Shown: positions 1 to 12,000 of the stretch, one piece after another | Position numbering within the stretch: position 1 is the first letter of the stretch | Layout of the letters: each line of letters opens with the position of its first letter | Origin: Macrostomum lignano | Taxonomy: Eukaryota | Assembly (NCBI GenBank): GCA_002269645.1 | Contig: NIVC01003941.1 | Span: 1-30,104, forward strand | Direction of reading: 5' to 3' | Length of the DNA: 30,104 bases | Position numbers and translations under genes: made by a program | Notes under the pieces: model-generated | What the model saw: only the letters and a program-made list of their open reading frames with translations | Told to the model about the DNA's origin: nothing | Database searches by the model: none

Positions 1-27
1 AGGGTCTACAGTGGCCGTGACTTTCTA
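1..27. other. Degenerate repeat-like leader at the window start (probably a corrupted repeat copy or low-quality contig end)
   Basis: AGGGTCTACAGTGGCCGTGACTTTCTA contains CTACAG (6-11) and GAC (19-21), resembling CTACAGCGGGACTCT with several errors. CTACAG recurs at 25-30 and 31-36. Confidence 0.55.
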
Positions 28-3000
28 CAGCTACAGCGGGACTCTGGCAGCAGATCAGCTACAGCGGGACTCTGGCAGGAGGGCAGCTACAGCGGGACTC
101 TGGCAGAGATCAGCTACAGCGGGACTCTGGCAGAGATCAGCTACAGCGGGACTCTGGCAGCAGATCAGCTACAGCGGGACTCTGGCAGGAGATCAGCTAC
201 AGCGGGACTCTGGCAGGAGATCAGCTACAGCGGGACTCTGGCAGGAGATCAGCTACAGCGGGACTCTGGCAGGAGATCAGCTACAGCGGGACTCTGGCAG
301 GAGATCAGCTACAGCGGGACTCTGGCAGAGATCAGCTACAGCGGGACTCTGGCAGGAGCAGCTACAGCGGGACTCTGGCAGGAGATCAGCTACAGCGGGA
401 CTCTGGCAGAGATCAGCTACAGCGGGACTCTGGCAGAGATCAGCTACAGCGGGACTCTGGCAGGAGATCAGCTACAGCGGGACTCTGGCAGAGATCAGCT
501 ACAGCGGGACTCTGGCAGGAGATCAGCTACAGCGGGACTCTGGCAGGAGATCAGCTACAGCGGGACTCTGGCAGGAGATCAGCTACAGCGGGACTCTGGC
601 AGGAGATCAGCTACAGCGGGACTCTGGCAGGAGATCAGCTACAGCGGGACTCTGGCAGAGATCAGCTACAGCGGGACTCTGGCAGGATCAGCTACAGCGG
701 GACTCTGGCAGGATCAGCTACAGCGGGACTCTGGCAGGTCAGCTACAGCGGGACTCTGGCAGGAGATCAGCTACAGCGGGACTCTGGCAGAGATCAGCTA
801 CAGCGGGACTCTGGCAGAGATCAGCTACAGCGGGACTCTGGCAGGAGATCAGCTACAGCGGGACTCTGGCAGGAGATCAGCTACAGCGGGACTCTGGCAG
901 GAGATCAGCTACAGCGGGACTCTGGCAGGAGATCAGCTACAGCGGGACTCTGGCAGGAGATCAGCTACAGCGGGACTCTGGCAGGAGATCAGCTACAGCG
1001 GGACTCTGGCAGGGATCAGCTACAGCGGGACTCTGGCAGAGATCAGCTACAGCGGGACTCTGGCAGGAGATCAGCTACAGCGGGACTCTGGCAGGAGATC
1101 AGCTACAGCGGGACTCTGGCAGATCAGCTACAGCGGGACTCTGGCAGGAGATCAGCTACAGCGGGACTCTGGCAGAGATCAGCTACAGCGGGACTCTGGC
1201 AGAGATCAGCTACAGCGGGACTCTGGCAGGAGATCAGCTACAGCGGGACTCTGGCAGGAGATCAGCTACAGCGGGACTCTGGCAGGAGATCAGCTACAGC
1301 GGGACTCTGGCAGGAGATCAGCTACAGCGGGACTCTGGCAGGAGATCAGCTACAGCGGGACTCTGGCAGAGATCAGCTACAGCGGGACTCTGGCAGAGAT
1401 CAGCTACAGCGGGACTCTGGCAGGAGATCAGCTACAGCGGGACTCTGGCAGGAGATCAGCTACAGCGGGACTCTGGCAGGAGATCAGCTACAGCGGGACT
1501 CTGGCAGAGATCAGCTACAGCGGGACTCTGGCAGAGATCAGCTACAGCGGGACTCTGGCAGGATCAGCTACAGCGGGACTCTGGCAGGATCAGCTACAGC
1601 GGGACTCTGGCAGGATCAGCTACAGCGGGACTCTGGCAGAGATCAGCTACAGCGGGACTCTGGCAGGAGATCAGCTACAGCGGGACTCTGGCAGAGATCA
1701 GCTACAGCGGGACTCTGGCAGGAGATCAGCTACAGCGGGACTCTGGCAGGAGATCAGCTACAGCGGGACTCTGGCAGGAGATCAGCTACAGCGGGACTCT
1801 GGCAGGAGATCAGCTACAGCGGGACTCTGGCAGGAGATCAGCTACAGCGGGACTCTGGCAGGAGATCAGCTACAGCGGGACTCTGGCAGGAGATCAGCTA
1901 CAGCGGGACTCTGGCAGGAGATCAGCTACAGCGGGACTCTGGCAGAGATCAGCTACAGCGGGACTCTGGCAGAGATCAGCTACAGCGGGACTCTGGCAGG
2001 AGATCAGCTACAGCGGGACTCTGGCAGGAGATCAGCTACAGCGGGACTCTGGCAGGAGATCAGCTACAGCGGGACTCTGGCAGGAGATCAGCTACAGCGG
2101 GACTCTGGCAGGAGATCAGCTACAGCGGGACTCTGGCAGGAGATCAGCTACAGCGGGACTCTGGCAGGAGATCAGCTACAGCGGGACTCTGGCAGAGATC
2201 AGCTACAGCGGGACTCTGGCAGAGATCAGCTACAGCGGGACTCTGGCAGGAGATCAGCTACAGCGGGACTCTGGCAGGAGATCAGCTACAGCGGGACTCT
2301 GGCAGGAGATCAGCTACAGCGGGACTCTGGCAGGAGATCAGCTACAGCGGGACTCTGGCAGGAGATCAGCTACAGCGGGACTCTGGCAGGAGATCAGCTA
2401 CAGCGGGACTCTGGCAGGAGATCAGCTACAGCGGGACTCTGGCAGGAGATCAGCTACAGCGGGACTCTGGCAGAGATCAGCTACAGCGGGACTCTGGCAG
2501 GATCAGCTACAGCGGGACTCTGGCAGGAGATCAGCTACAGCGGGACTCTGGCAGAGATCAGCTACAGCGGGACTCTGGCAGGAGATCAGCTACAGCGGGA
2601 CTCTGGCAGGAGATCAGCTACAGCGGGACTCTGGCAGGAGATCAGCTACAGCGGGACTCTGGCAGGAGATCAGCTACAGCGGGACTCTGGCAGGAGATCA
2701 GCTACAGCGGGACTCTGGCAGAGATCAGCTACAGCGGGACTCTGGCAGGAGATCAGCTACAGCGGGACTCTGGCAGGAGATCAGCTACAGCGGGACTCTG
2801 GCAGGAGATCAGCTACAGCGGGACTCTGGCAGGAGATCAGCTACAGCGGGACTCTGGCAGGAGATCAGCTACAGCGGGACTCTGGCAGAGATCAGCTACA
2901 GCGGGACTCTGGCAGAGATCAGCTACAGCGGGACTCTGGCAGGAGATCAGCTACAGCGGGACTCTGGCAGAGATCAGCTACAGCGGGACTCTGGCAGGAG

Positions 3001-6000
3001 ATCAGCTACAGCGGGACTCTGGCAGGAGATCAGCTACAGCGGGACTCTGGCAGGAGATCAGCTACAGCGGGACTCTGGCAGAGATCAGCTACAGCGGGAC
3101 TCTGGCAGGAGATCAGCTACAGCGGGACTCTGGCAGGAGATCAGCTACAGCGGGACTCTGGCAGGAGATCAGCTACAGCGGGACTCTGGCAGGAGATCAG
3201 CTACAGCGGGACTCTGGCAGAGATCAGCTACAGCGGGACTCTGGCAGGAGATCAGCTACAGCGGGACTCTGGCAGAGATCAGCTACAGCGGGACTCTGGC
3301 AGAGATCAGCTACAGCGGGACTCTGGCAGAGATCAGCTACAGCGGGACTCTGGCAGGAGATCAGCTACAGCGGGACTCTGGCAGGAGATCAGCTACAGCG
3401 GGACTCTGGCAGGAGATCAGCTACAGCGGGACTCTGGCAGGAGATCAGCTACAGCGGGACTCTGGCAGAGATCAGCTACAGCGGGACTCTGGCAGAGATC
3501 AGCTACAGCGGGACTCTGGCAGGAGATCAGCTACAGCGGGACTCTGGCAGGAGATCAGCTACAGCGGGACTCTGGCAGGAGATCAGCTACAGCGGGACTC
3601 TGGCAGGAGATCAGCTACAGCGGGACTCTGGCAGGAGATCAGCTACAGCGGGACTCTGGCAGGAGATCAGCTACAGCGGGACTCTGGCAGGAGATCAGCT
3701 ACAGCGGGACTCTGGCAGGAGATCAGCTACAGCGGGACTCTGGCAGAGATCAGCTACAGCGGGACTCTGGCAGAGATCAGCTACAGCGGGACTCTGGCAG
3801 GATCAGCTACAGCGGGACTCTGGCAGAGATCAGCTACAGCGGGACTCTGGCAGGAGATCAGCTACAGCGGGACTCTGGCAGAGATCAGCTACAGCGGGAC
3901 TCTGGCAGGAGATCAGCTACAGCGGGACTCTGGCAGGAGATCAGCTACAGCGGGACTCTGGCAGGAGATCAGCTACAGCGGGACTCTGGCAGGAGATCAG
4001 CTACAGCGGGACTCTGGCAGGAGATCAGCTACAGCGGGACTCTGGCAGGAGATCAGCTACAGCGGGACTCTGGCAGGAGATCAGCTACAGCGGGACTCTG
4101 GCAGGAGATCAGCTACAGCGGGACTCTGGCAGGAGATCAGCTACAGCGGGACTCTGGCAGAGATCAGCTACAGCGGGACTCTGGCAGAGATCAGCTACAG
4201 CGGGACTCTGGCAGGAGATCAGCTACAGCGGGACTCTGGCAGAGATCAGCTACAGCGGGACTCTGGCAGAGATCAGCTACAGCGGGACTCTGGCAGGAGA
4301 TCAGCTACAGCGGGACTCTGGCAGGAGATCAGCTACAGCGGGACTCTGGCAGGAGATCAGCTACAGCGGGACTCTGGCAGGAGATCAGCTACAGCGGGAC
4401 TCTGGCAGGAGATCAGCTACAGCGGGACTCTGGCAGGAGATCAGCTACAGCGGGACTCTGGCAGGAGATCAGCTACAGCGGGACTCTGGCAGGAGATCAG
4501 CTACAGCGGGACTCTGGCAGGAGATCAGCTACAGCGGGACTCTGGCAGGAGATCAGCTACAGCGGGACTCTGGCAGGAGATCAGCTACAGCGGGACTCTG
4601 GCAGGAGATCAGCTACAGCGGGACTCTGGCAGGAGATCAGCTACAGCGGGACTCTGGCAGGAGATCAGCTACAGCGGGACTCTGGCAGGAGATCAGCTAC
4701 AGCGGGACTCTGGCAGGAGATCAGCTACAGCGGGACTCTGGCAGGAGATCAGCTACAGCGGGACTCTGGCAGAGATCAGCTACAGCGGGACTCTGGCAGA
4801 GATCAGCTACAGCGGGACTCTGGCAGGAGATCAGCTACAGCGGGACTCTGGCAGGAGATCAGCTACAGCGGGACTCTGGCAGGAGATCAGCTACAGCGGG
4901 ACTCTGGCAGGAGATCAGCTACAGCGGGACTCTGGCAGGAGATCAGCTACAGCGGGACTCTGGCAGGAGATCAGCTACAGCGGGACTCTGGCAGAGATCA
5001 GCTACAGCGGGACTCTGGCAGGAGATCAGCTACAGCGGGACTCTGGCAGGAGATCAGCTACAGCGGGACTCTGGCAGGAGATCAGCTACAGCGGGACTCT
5101 GGCAGGAGATCAGCTACAGCGGGACTCTGGCAGGAGATCAGCTACAGCGGGACTCTGGCAGGAGATCAGCTACAGCGGGACTCTGGCAGGAGATCAGCTA
5201 CAGCGGGACTCTGGCAGGAGATCAGCTACAGCGGGACTCTGGCAGGAGATCAGCTACAGCGGGACTCTGGCAGGAGATCAGCTACAGCGGGACTCTGGCA
5301 GGAGATCAGCTACAGCGGGACTCTGGCAGGAGATCAGCTACAGCGGGACTCTGGCAGGAGATCAGCTACAGCGGGACTCTGGCAGGAGATCAGCTACAGC
5401 GGGACTCTGGCAGGAGATCAGCTACAGCGGGACTCTGGCAGAGATCAGCTACAGCGGGACTCTGGCAGAGATCAGCTACAGCGGGACTCTGGCAGGAGAT
5501 CAGCTACAGCGGGACTCTGGCAGGAGATCAGCTACAGCGGGACTCTGGCAGGAGATCAGCTACAGCGGGACTCTGGCAGGAGATCAGCTACAGCGGGACT
5601 CTGGCAGGAGATCAGCTACAGCGGGACTCTGGCAGGAGATCAGCTACAGCGGGACTCTGGCAGGAGATCAGCTACAGCGGGACTCTGGCAGGAGATCAGC
5701 TACAGCGGGACTCTGGCAGGAGATCAGCTACAGCGGGACTCTGGCAGGAGATCAGCTACAGCGGGACTCTGGCAGGAGATCAGCTACAGCGGGACTCTGG
5801 CAGGAGATCAGCTACAGCGGGACTCTGGCAGGAGATCAGCTACAGCGGGACTCTGGCAGGAGATCAGCTACAGCGGGACTCTGGCAGGATCAGCTACAGC
5901 GGGACTCTGGCAGAGATCAGCTACAGCGGGACTCTGGCAGAGATCAGCTACAGCGGGACTCTGGCAGAGATCAGCTACAGCGGGACTCTGGCAGGAGATC

Positions 6001-9000
6001 AGCTACAGCGGGACTCTGGCAGGAGATCAGCTACAGCGGGACTCTGGCAGGAGATCAGCTACAGCGGGACTCTGGCAGGAGATCAGCTACAGCGGGACTC
6101 TGGCAGGAGATCAGCTACAGCGGGACTCTGGCAGGAGATCAGCTACAGCGGGACTCTGGCAGGAGATCAGCTACAGCGGGACTCTGGCAGGAGATCAGCT
6201 ACAGCGGGACTCTGGCAGGAGATCAGCTACAGCGGGACTCTGGCAGGAGATCAGCTACAGCGGGACTCTGGCAGGAGATCAGCTACAGCGGGACTCTGGC
6301 AGGAGATCAGCTACAGCGGGACTCTGGCAGGAGATCAGCTACAGCGGGACTCTGGCAGGAGATCAGCTACAGCGGGACTCTGGCAGGAGATCAGCTACAG
6401 CGGGACTCTGGCAGGAGATCAGCTACAGCGGGACTCTGGCAGAGATCAGCTACAGCGGGACTCTGGCAGGAGATCAGCTACAGCGGGACTCTGGCAGAGA
6501 TCAGCTACAGCGGGACTCTGGCAGGAGATCAGCTACAGCGGGACTCTGGCAGGAGATCAGCTACAGCGGGACTCTGGCAGGAGATCAGCTACAGCGGGAC
6601 TCTGGCAGGAGATCAGCTACAGCGGGACTCTGGCAGAGATCAGCTACAGCGGGACTCTGGCAGAGATCAGCTACAGCGGGACTCTGGCAGGAGATCAGCT
6701 ACAGCGGGACTCTGGCAGGAGATCAGCTACAGCGGGACTCTGGCAGGAGATCAGCTACAGCGGGACTCTGGCAGGAGATCAGCTACAGCGGGACTCTGGC
6801 AGGAGATCAGCTACAGCGGGACTCTGGCAGGAGATCAGCTACAGCGGGACTCTGGCAGGAGATCAGCTACAGCGGGACTCTGGCAGGAGATCAGCTACAG
6901 CGGGACTCTGGCAGGAGATCAGCTACAGCGGGACTCTGGCAGGAGATCAGCTACAGCGGGACTCTGGCAGGAGATCAGCTACAGCGGGACTCTGGCAGGA
7001 GATCAGCTACAGCGGGACTCTGGCAGGAGATCAGCTACAGCGGGACTCTGGCAGGAGATCAGCTACAGCGGGACTCTGGCAGGAGATCAGCTACAGCGGG
7101 ACTCTGGCAGGAGATCAGCTACAGCGGGACTCTGGCAGGAGATCAGCTACAGCGGGACTCTGGCAGGAGATCAGCTACAGCGGGACTCTGGCAGGAGATC
7201 AGCTACAGCGGGACTCTGGCAGGAGATCAGCTACAGCGGGACTCTGGCAGGAGATCAGCTACAGCGGGACTCTGGCAGGAGATCAGCTACAGCGGGACTC
7301 TGGCAGGAGATCAGCTACAGCGGGACTCTGGCAGGAGATCAGCTACAGCGGGACTCTGGCAGGAGATCAGCTACAGCGGGACTCTGGCAGAGATCAGCTA
7401 CAGCGGGACTCTGGCAGGAGATCAGCTACAGCGGGACTCTGGCAGGAGATCAGCTACAGCGGGACTCTGGCAGGAGATCAGCTACAGCGGGACTCTGGCA
7501 GGAGATCAGCTACAGCGGGACTCTGGCAGGAGATCAGCTACAGCGGGACTCTGGCAGGAGATCAGCTACAGCGGGACTCTGGCAGGAGATCAGCTACAGC
7601 GGGACTCTGGCAGGAGATCAGCTACAGCGGGACTCTGGCAGGAGATCAGCTACAGCGGGACTCTGGCAGGAGATCAGCTACAGCGGGACTCTGGCAGGAG
7701 ATCAGCTACAGCGGGACTCTGGCAGAGATCAGCTACAGCGGGACTCTGGCAGAGATCAGCTACAGCGGGACTCTGGCAGGATCAGCTACAGCGGGACTCT
7801 GGCAGGATCAGCTACAGCGGGACTCTGGCAGAGATCAGCTACAGCGGGACTCTGGCAGAGATCAGCTACAGCGGGACTCTGGCAGGAGATCAGCTACAGC
7901 GGGACTCTGGCAGGAGATCAGCTACAGCGGGACTCTGGCAGGAGATCAGCTACAGCGGGACTCTGGCAGGAGATCAGCTACAGCGGGACTCTGGCAGGAG
8001 ATCAGCTACAGCGGGACTCTGGCAGGAGATCAGCTACAGCGGGACTCTGGCAGATCAGCTACAGCGGGACTCTGGCAGAGATCAGCTACAGCGGGACTCT
8101 GGCAGGAGATCAGCTACAGCGGGACTCTGGCAGGAGATCAGCTACAGCGGGACTCTGGCAGGAGATCAGCTACAGCGGGACTCTGGCAGGAGATCAGCTA
8201 CAGCGGGACTCTGGCAGGAGATCAGCTACAGCGGGACTCTGGCAGGCAGATCAGCTACAGCGGGACTCTGGCAGGAGATCAGCTACAGCGGGACTCTGGC
8301 AGGAGATCAGCTACAGCGGGACTCTGGCAGGAGATCAGCTACAGCGGGACTCTGGCAGGAGATCAGCTACAGCGGGACTCTGGCAGGAGATCAGCTACAG
8401 CGGGACTCTGGCAGGAGATCAGCTACAGCGGGACTCTGGCAGGAGATCAGCTACAGCGGGACTCTGGCAGGAGATCAGCTACAGCGGGACTCTGGCAGGA
8501 GATCAGCTACAGCGGGACTCTGGCAGGAGATCAGCTACAGCGGGACTCTGGCAGGAGATCAGCTACAGCGGGACTCTGGCAGGAGATCAGCTACAGCGGG
8601 ACTCTGGCAGGAGATCAGCTACAGCGGGACTCTGGCAGGAGATCAGCTACAGCGGGACTCTGGCAGGAGATCAGCTACAGCGGGACTCTGGCAGGAGATC
8701 AGCTACAGCGGGACTCTGGCAGGAGATCAGCTACAGCGGGACTCTGGCAGGAGATCAGCTACAGCGGGACTCTGGCAGAGATCAGCTACAGCGGGACTCT
8801 GGCAGGAGATCAGCTACAGCGGGACTCTGGCAGATCAGCTACAGCGGGACTCTGGCAGAGATCAGCTACAGCGGGACTCTGGCAGAGATCAGCTACAGCG
8901 GGACTCTGGCAGGAGATCAGCTACAGCGGGACTCTGGCAGGAGATCAGCTACAGCGGGACTCTGGCAGGAGATCAGCTACAGCGGGACTCTGGCAGGAGA

Positions 9001-12000
9001 TCAGCTACAGCGGGACTCTGGCAGGAGATCAGCTACAGCGGGACTCTGGCAGGAGATCAGCTACAGCGGGACTCTGGCAGAGATCAGCTACAGCGGGACT
9101 CTGGCAGGATCAGCTACAGCGGGACTCTGGCAGAGATCAGCTACAGCGGGACTCTGGCAGGAGATCAGCTACAGCGGGACTCTGGCAGGAGATCAGCTAC
9201 AGCGGGACTCTGGCAGGAGATCAGCTACAGCGGGACTCTGGCAGGAGATCAGCTACAGCGGGACTCTGGCAGGAGATCAGCTACAGCGGGACTCTGGCAG
9301 GAGATCAGCTACAGCGGGACTCTGGCAGGAGATCAGCTACAGCGGGACTCTGGACTCTGGAGATCAGCTACAGCGGGACTCTGGCAGGAGATCAGCTACA
9401 GCGGGACTCTGGCAGAGATCAGCTACAGCGGGACTCTGGCAGGAGATCAGCTACAGCGGGACTCTGGCAGGATCAGCTACAGCGGGACTCTGGCAGGATC
9501 AGCTACAGCGGGACTCTGGCAGAGATCAGCTACAGCGGGACTCTGGCAGAGATCAGCTACAGCGGGACTCTGGCAGAGATCAGCTACAGCGGGACTCTGG
9601 CAGGAGATCAGCTACAGCGGGACTCTGGCAGGAGATCAGCTACAGCGGGACTCTGGCAGGAGATCAGCTACAGCGGGACTCTGGCAGGAGATCAGCTACA
9701 GCGGGACTCTGGCAGGAGATCAGCTACAGCGGGACTCTGGCAGGAGATCAGCTACAGCGGGACTCTGGCAGGAGATCAGCTACAGCGGGACTCTGGCAGG
9801 AGATCAGCTACAGCGGGACTCTGGCAGGAGATCAGCTACAGCGGGACTCTGGCAGGAGATCAGCTACAGCGGGACTCTGGCAGGAGATCAGCTACAGCGG
9901 GACTCTGGCAGGAGATCAGCTACAGCGGGACTCTGGCAGGAGATCAGCTACAGCGGGACTCTGGCAGGAGATCAGCTACAGCGGGACTCTGGCAGGAGAT
10001 CAGCTACAGCGGGACTCTGGCAGGAGATCAGCTACAGCGGGACTCTGGCAGGAGATCAGCTACAGCGGGACTCTGGCAGGAGATCAGCTACAGCGGGACT
10101 CTGGCAGGAGATCAGCTACAGCGGGACTCTGGCAGGAGATCAGCTACAGCGGGACTCTGGCAGGAGATCAGCTACAGCGGGACTCTGGCAGGAGATCAGC
10201 TACAGCGGGACTCTGGCAGGAGATCAGCTACAGCGGGACTCTGGCAGAGATCAGCTACAGCGGGACTCTGGCAGAGATCAGCTACAGCGGGACTCTGGCA
10301 GGAGATCAGCTACAGCGGGACTCTGGCAGGAGATCAGCTACAGCGGGACTCTGGCAGGAGATCAGCTACAGCGGGACTCTGGCAGGAGATCAGCTACAGC
10401 GGGACTCTGGCAGGAGATCAGCTACAGCGGGACTCTGGCAGGAGATCAGCTACAGCGGGACTCTGGCAGGAGATCAGCTACAGCGGGACTCTGGCAGGAG
10501 ATCAGCTACAGCGGGACTCTGGCAGGAGATCAGCTACAGCGGGACTCTGGCAGGAGATCAGCTACAGCGGGACTCTGGCAGGAGATCAGCTACAGCGGGA
10601 CTCTGGCAGGAGATCAGCTACAGCGGGACTCTGGCAGGAGATCAGCTACAGCGGGACTCTGGCAGGAGATCAGCTACAGCGGGACTCTGGCAGGAGATCA
10701 GCTACAGCGGGACTCTGGCAGAGATCAGCTACAGCGGGACTCTGGCAGGAGATCAGCTACAGCGGGACTCTGGCAGAGATCAGCTACAGCGGGACTCTGG
10801 CAGAGATCAGCTACAGCGGGACTCTGGCAGAGATCAGCTACAGCGGGACTCTGGCAGGAGATCAGCTACAGCGGGACTCTGGCAGGAGATCAGCTACAGC
10901 GGGACTCTGGCAGGAGATCAGCTACAGCGGGACTCTGGCAGGAGATCAGCTACAGCGGGACTCTGGCAGGAGATCAGCTACAGCGGGACTCTGGCAGGAG
11001 ATCAGCTACAGCGGGACTCTGGCAGGAGATCAGCTACAGCGGGACTCTGGCAGGAGATCAGCTACAGCGGGACTCTGGCAGGAGATCAGCTACAGCGGGA
11101 CTCTGGCAGGAGATCAGCTACAGCGGGACTCTGGCAGGAGATCAGCTACAGCGGGACTCTGGCAGGATCAGCTACAGCGGGACTCTGGCAGAGATCAGCT
11201 ACAGCGGGACTCTGGCAGATCAGCTACAGCGGGACTCTGGCAGGATCAGCTACAGCGGGACTCTGGCAGGAGATCAGCTACAGCGGGACTCTGGCAGGAG
11301 ATCAGCTACAGCGGGACTCTGGCAGGAGATCAGCTACAGCGGGACTCTGGCAGGAGATCAGCTACAGCGGGACTCTGGCAGGAGATCAGCTACAGCGGGA
11401 CTCTGGCAGGAGATCAGCTACAGCGGGACTCTGGCAGGAGATCAGCTACAGCGGGACTCTGGCAGGAGATCAGCTACAGCGGGACTCTGGCAGGAGATCA
11501 GCTACAGCGGGACTCTGGCAGGAGATCAGCTACAGCGGGACTCTGGCAGGAGATCAGCTACAGCGGGACTCTGGCAGGAGATCAGCTACAGCGGGACTCT
11601 GGCAGGAGATCAGCTACAGCGGGACTCTGGCAGGAGATCAGCTACAGCGGGACTCTGGCAGGAGATCAGCTACAGCGGGACTCTGGCAGGAGATCAGCTA
11701 CAGCGGGACTCTGGCAGGAGATCAGCTACAGCGGGACTCTGGCAGAGATCAGCTACAGCGGGACTCTGGCAGAGATCAGCTACAGCGGGACTCTGGCAGG
11801 AGATCAGCTACAGCGGGACTCTGGCAGGAGATCAGCTACAGCGGGACTCTGGCAGGAGATCAGCTACAGCGGGACTCTGGCAGGAGATCAGCTACAGCGG
11901 GACTCTGGCAGGAGATCAGCTACAGCGGGACTCTGGCAGGAGATCAGCTACAGCGGGACTCTGGCAGGAGATCAGCTACAGCGGGACTCTGGCAGAGATC

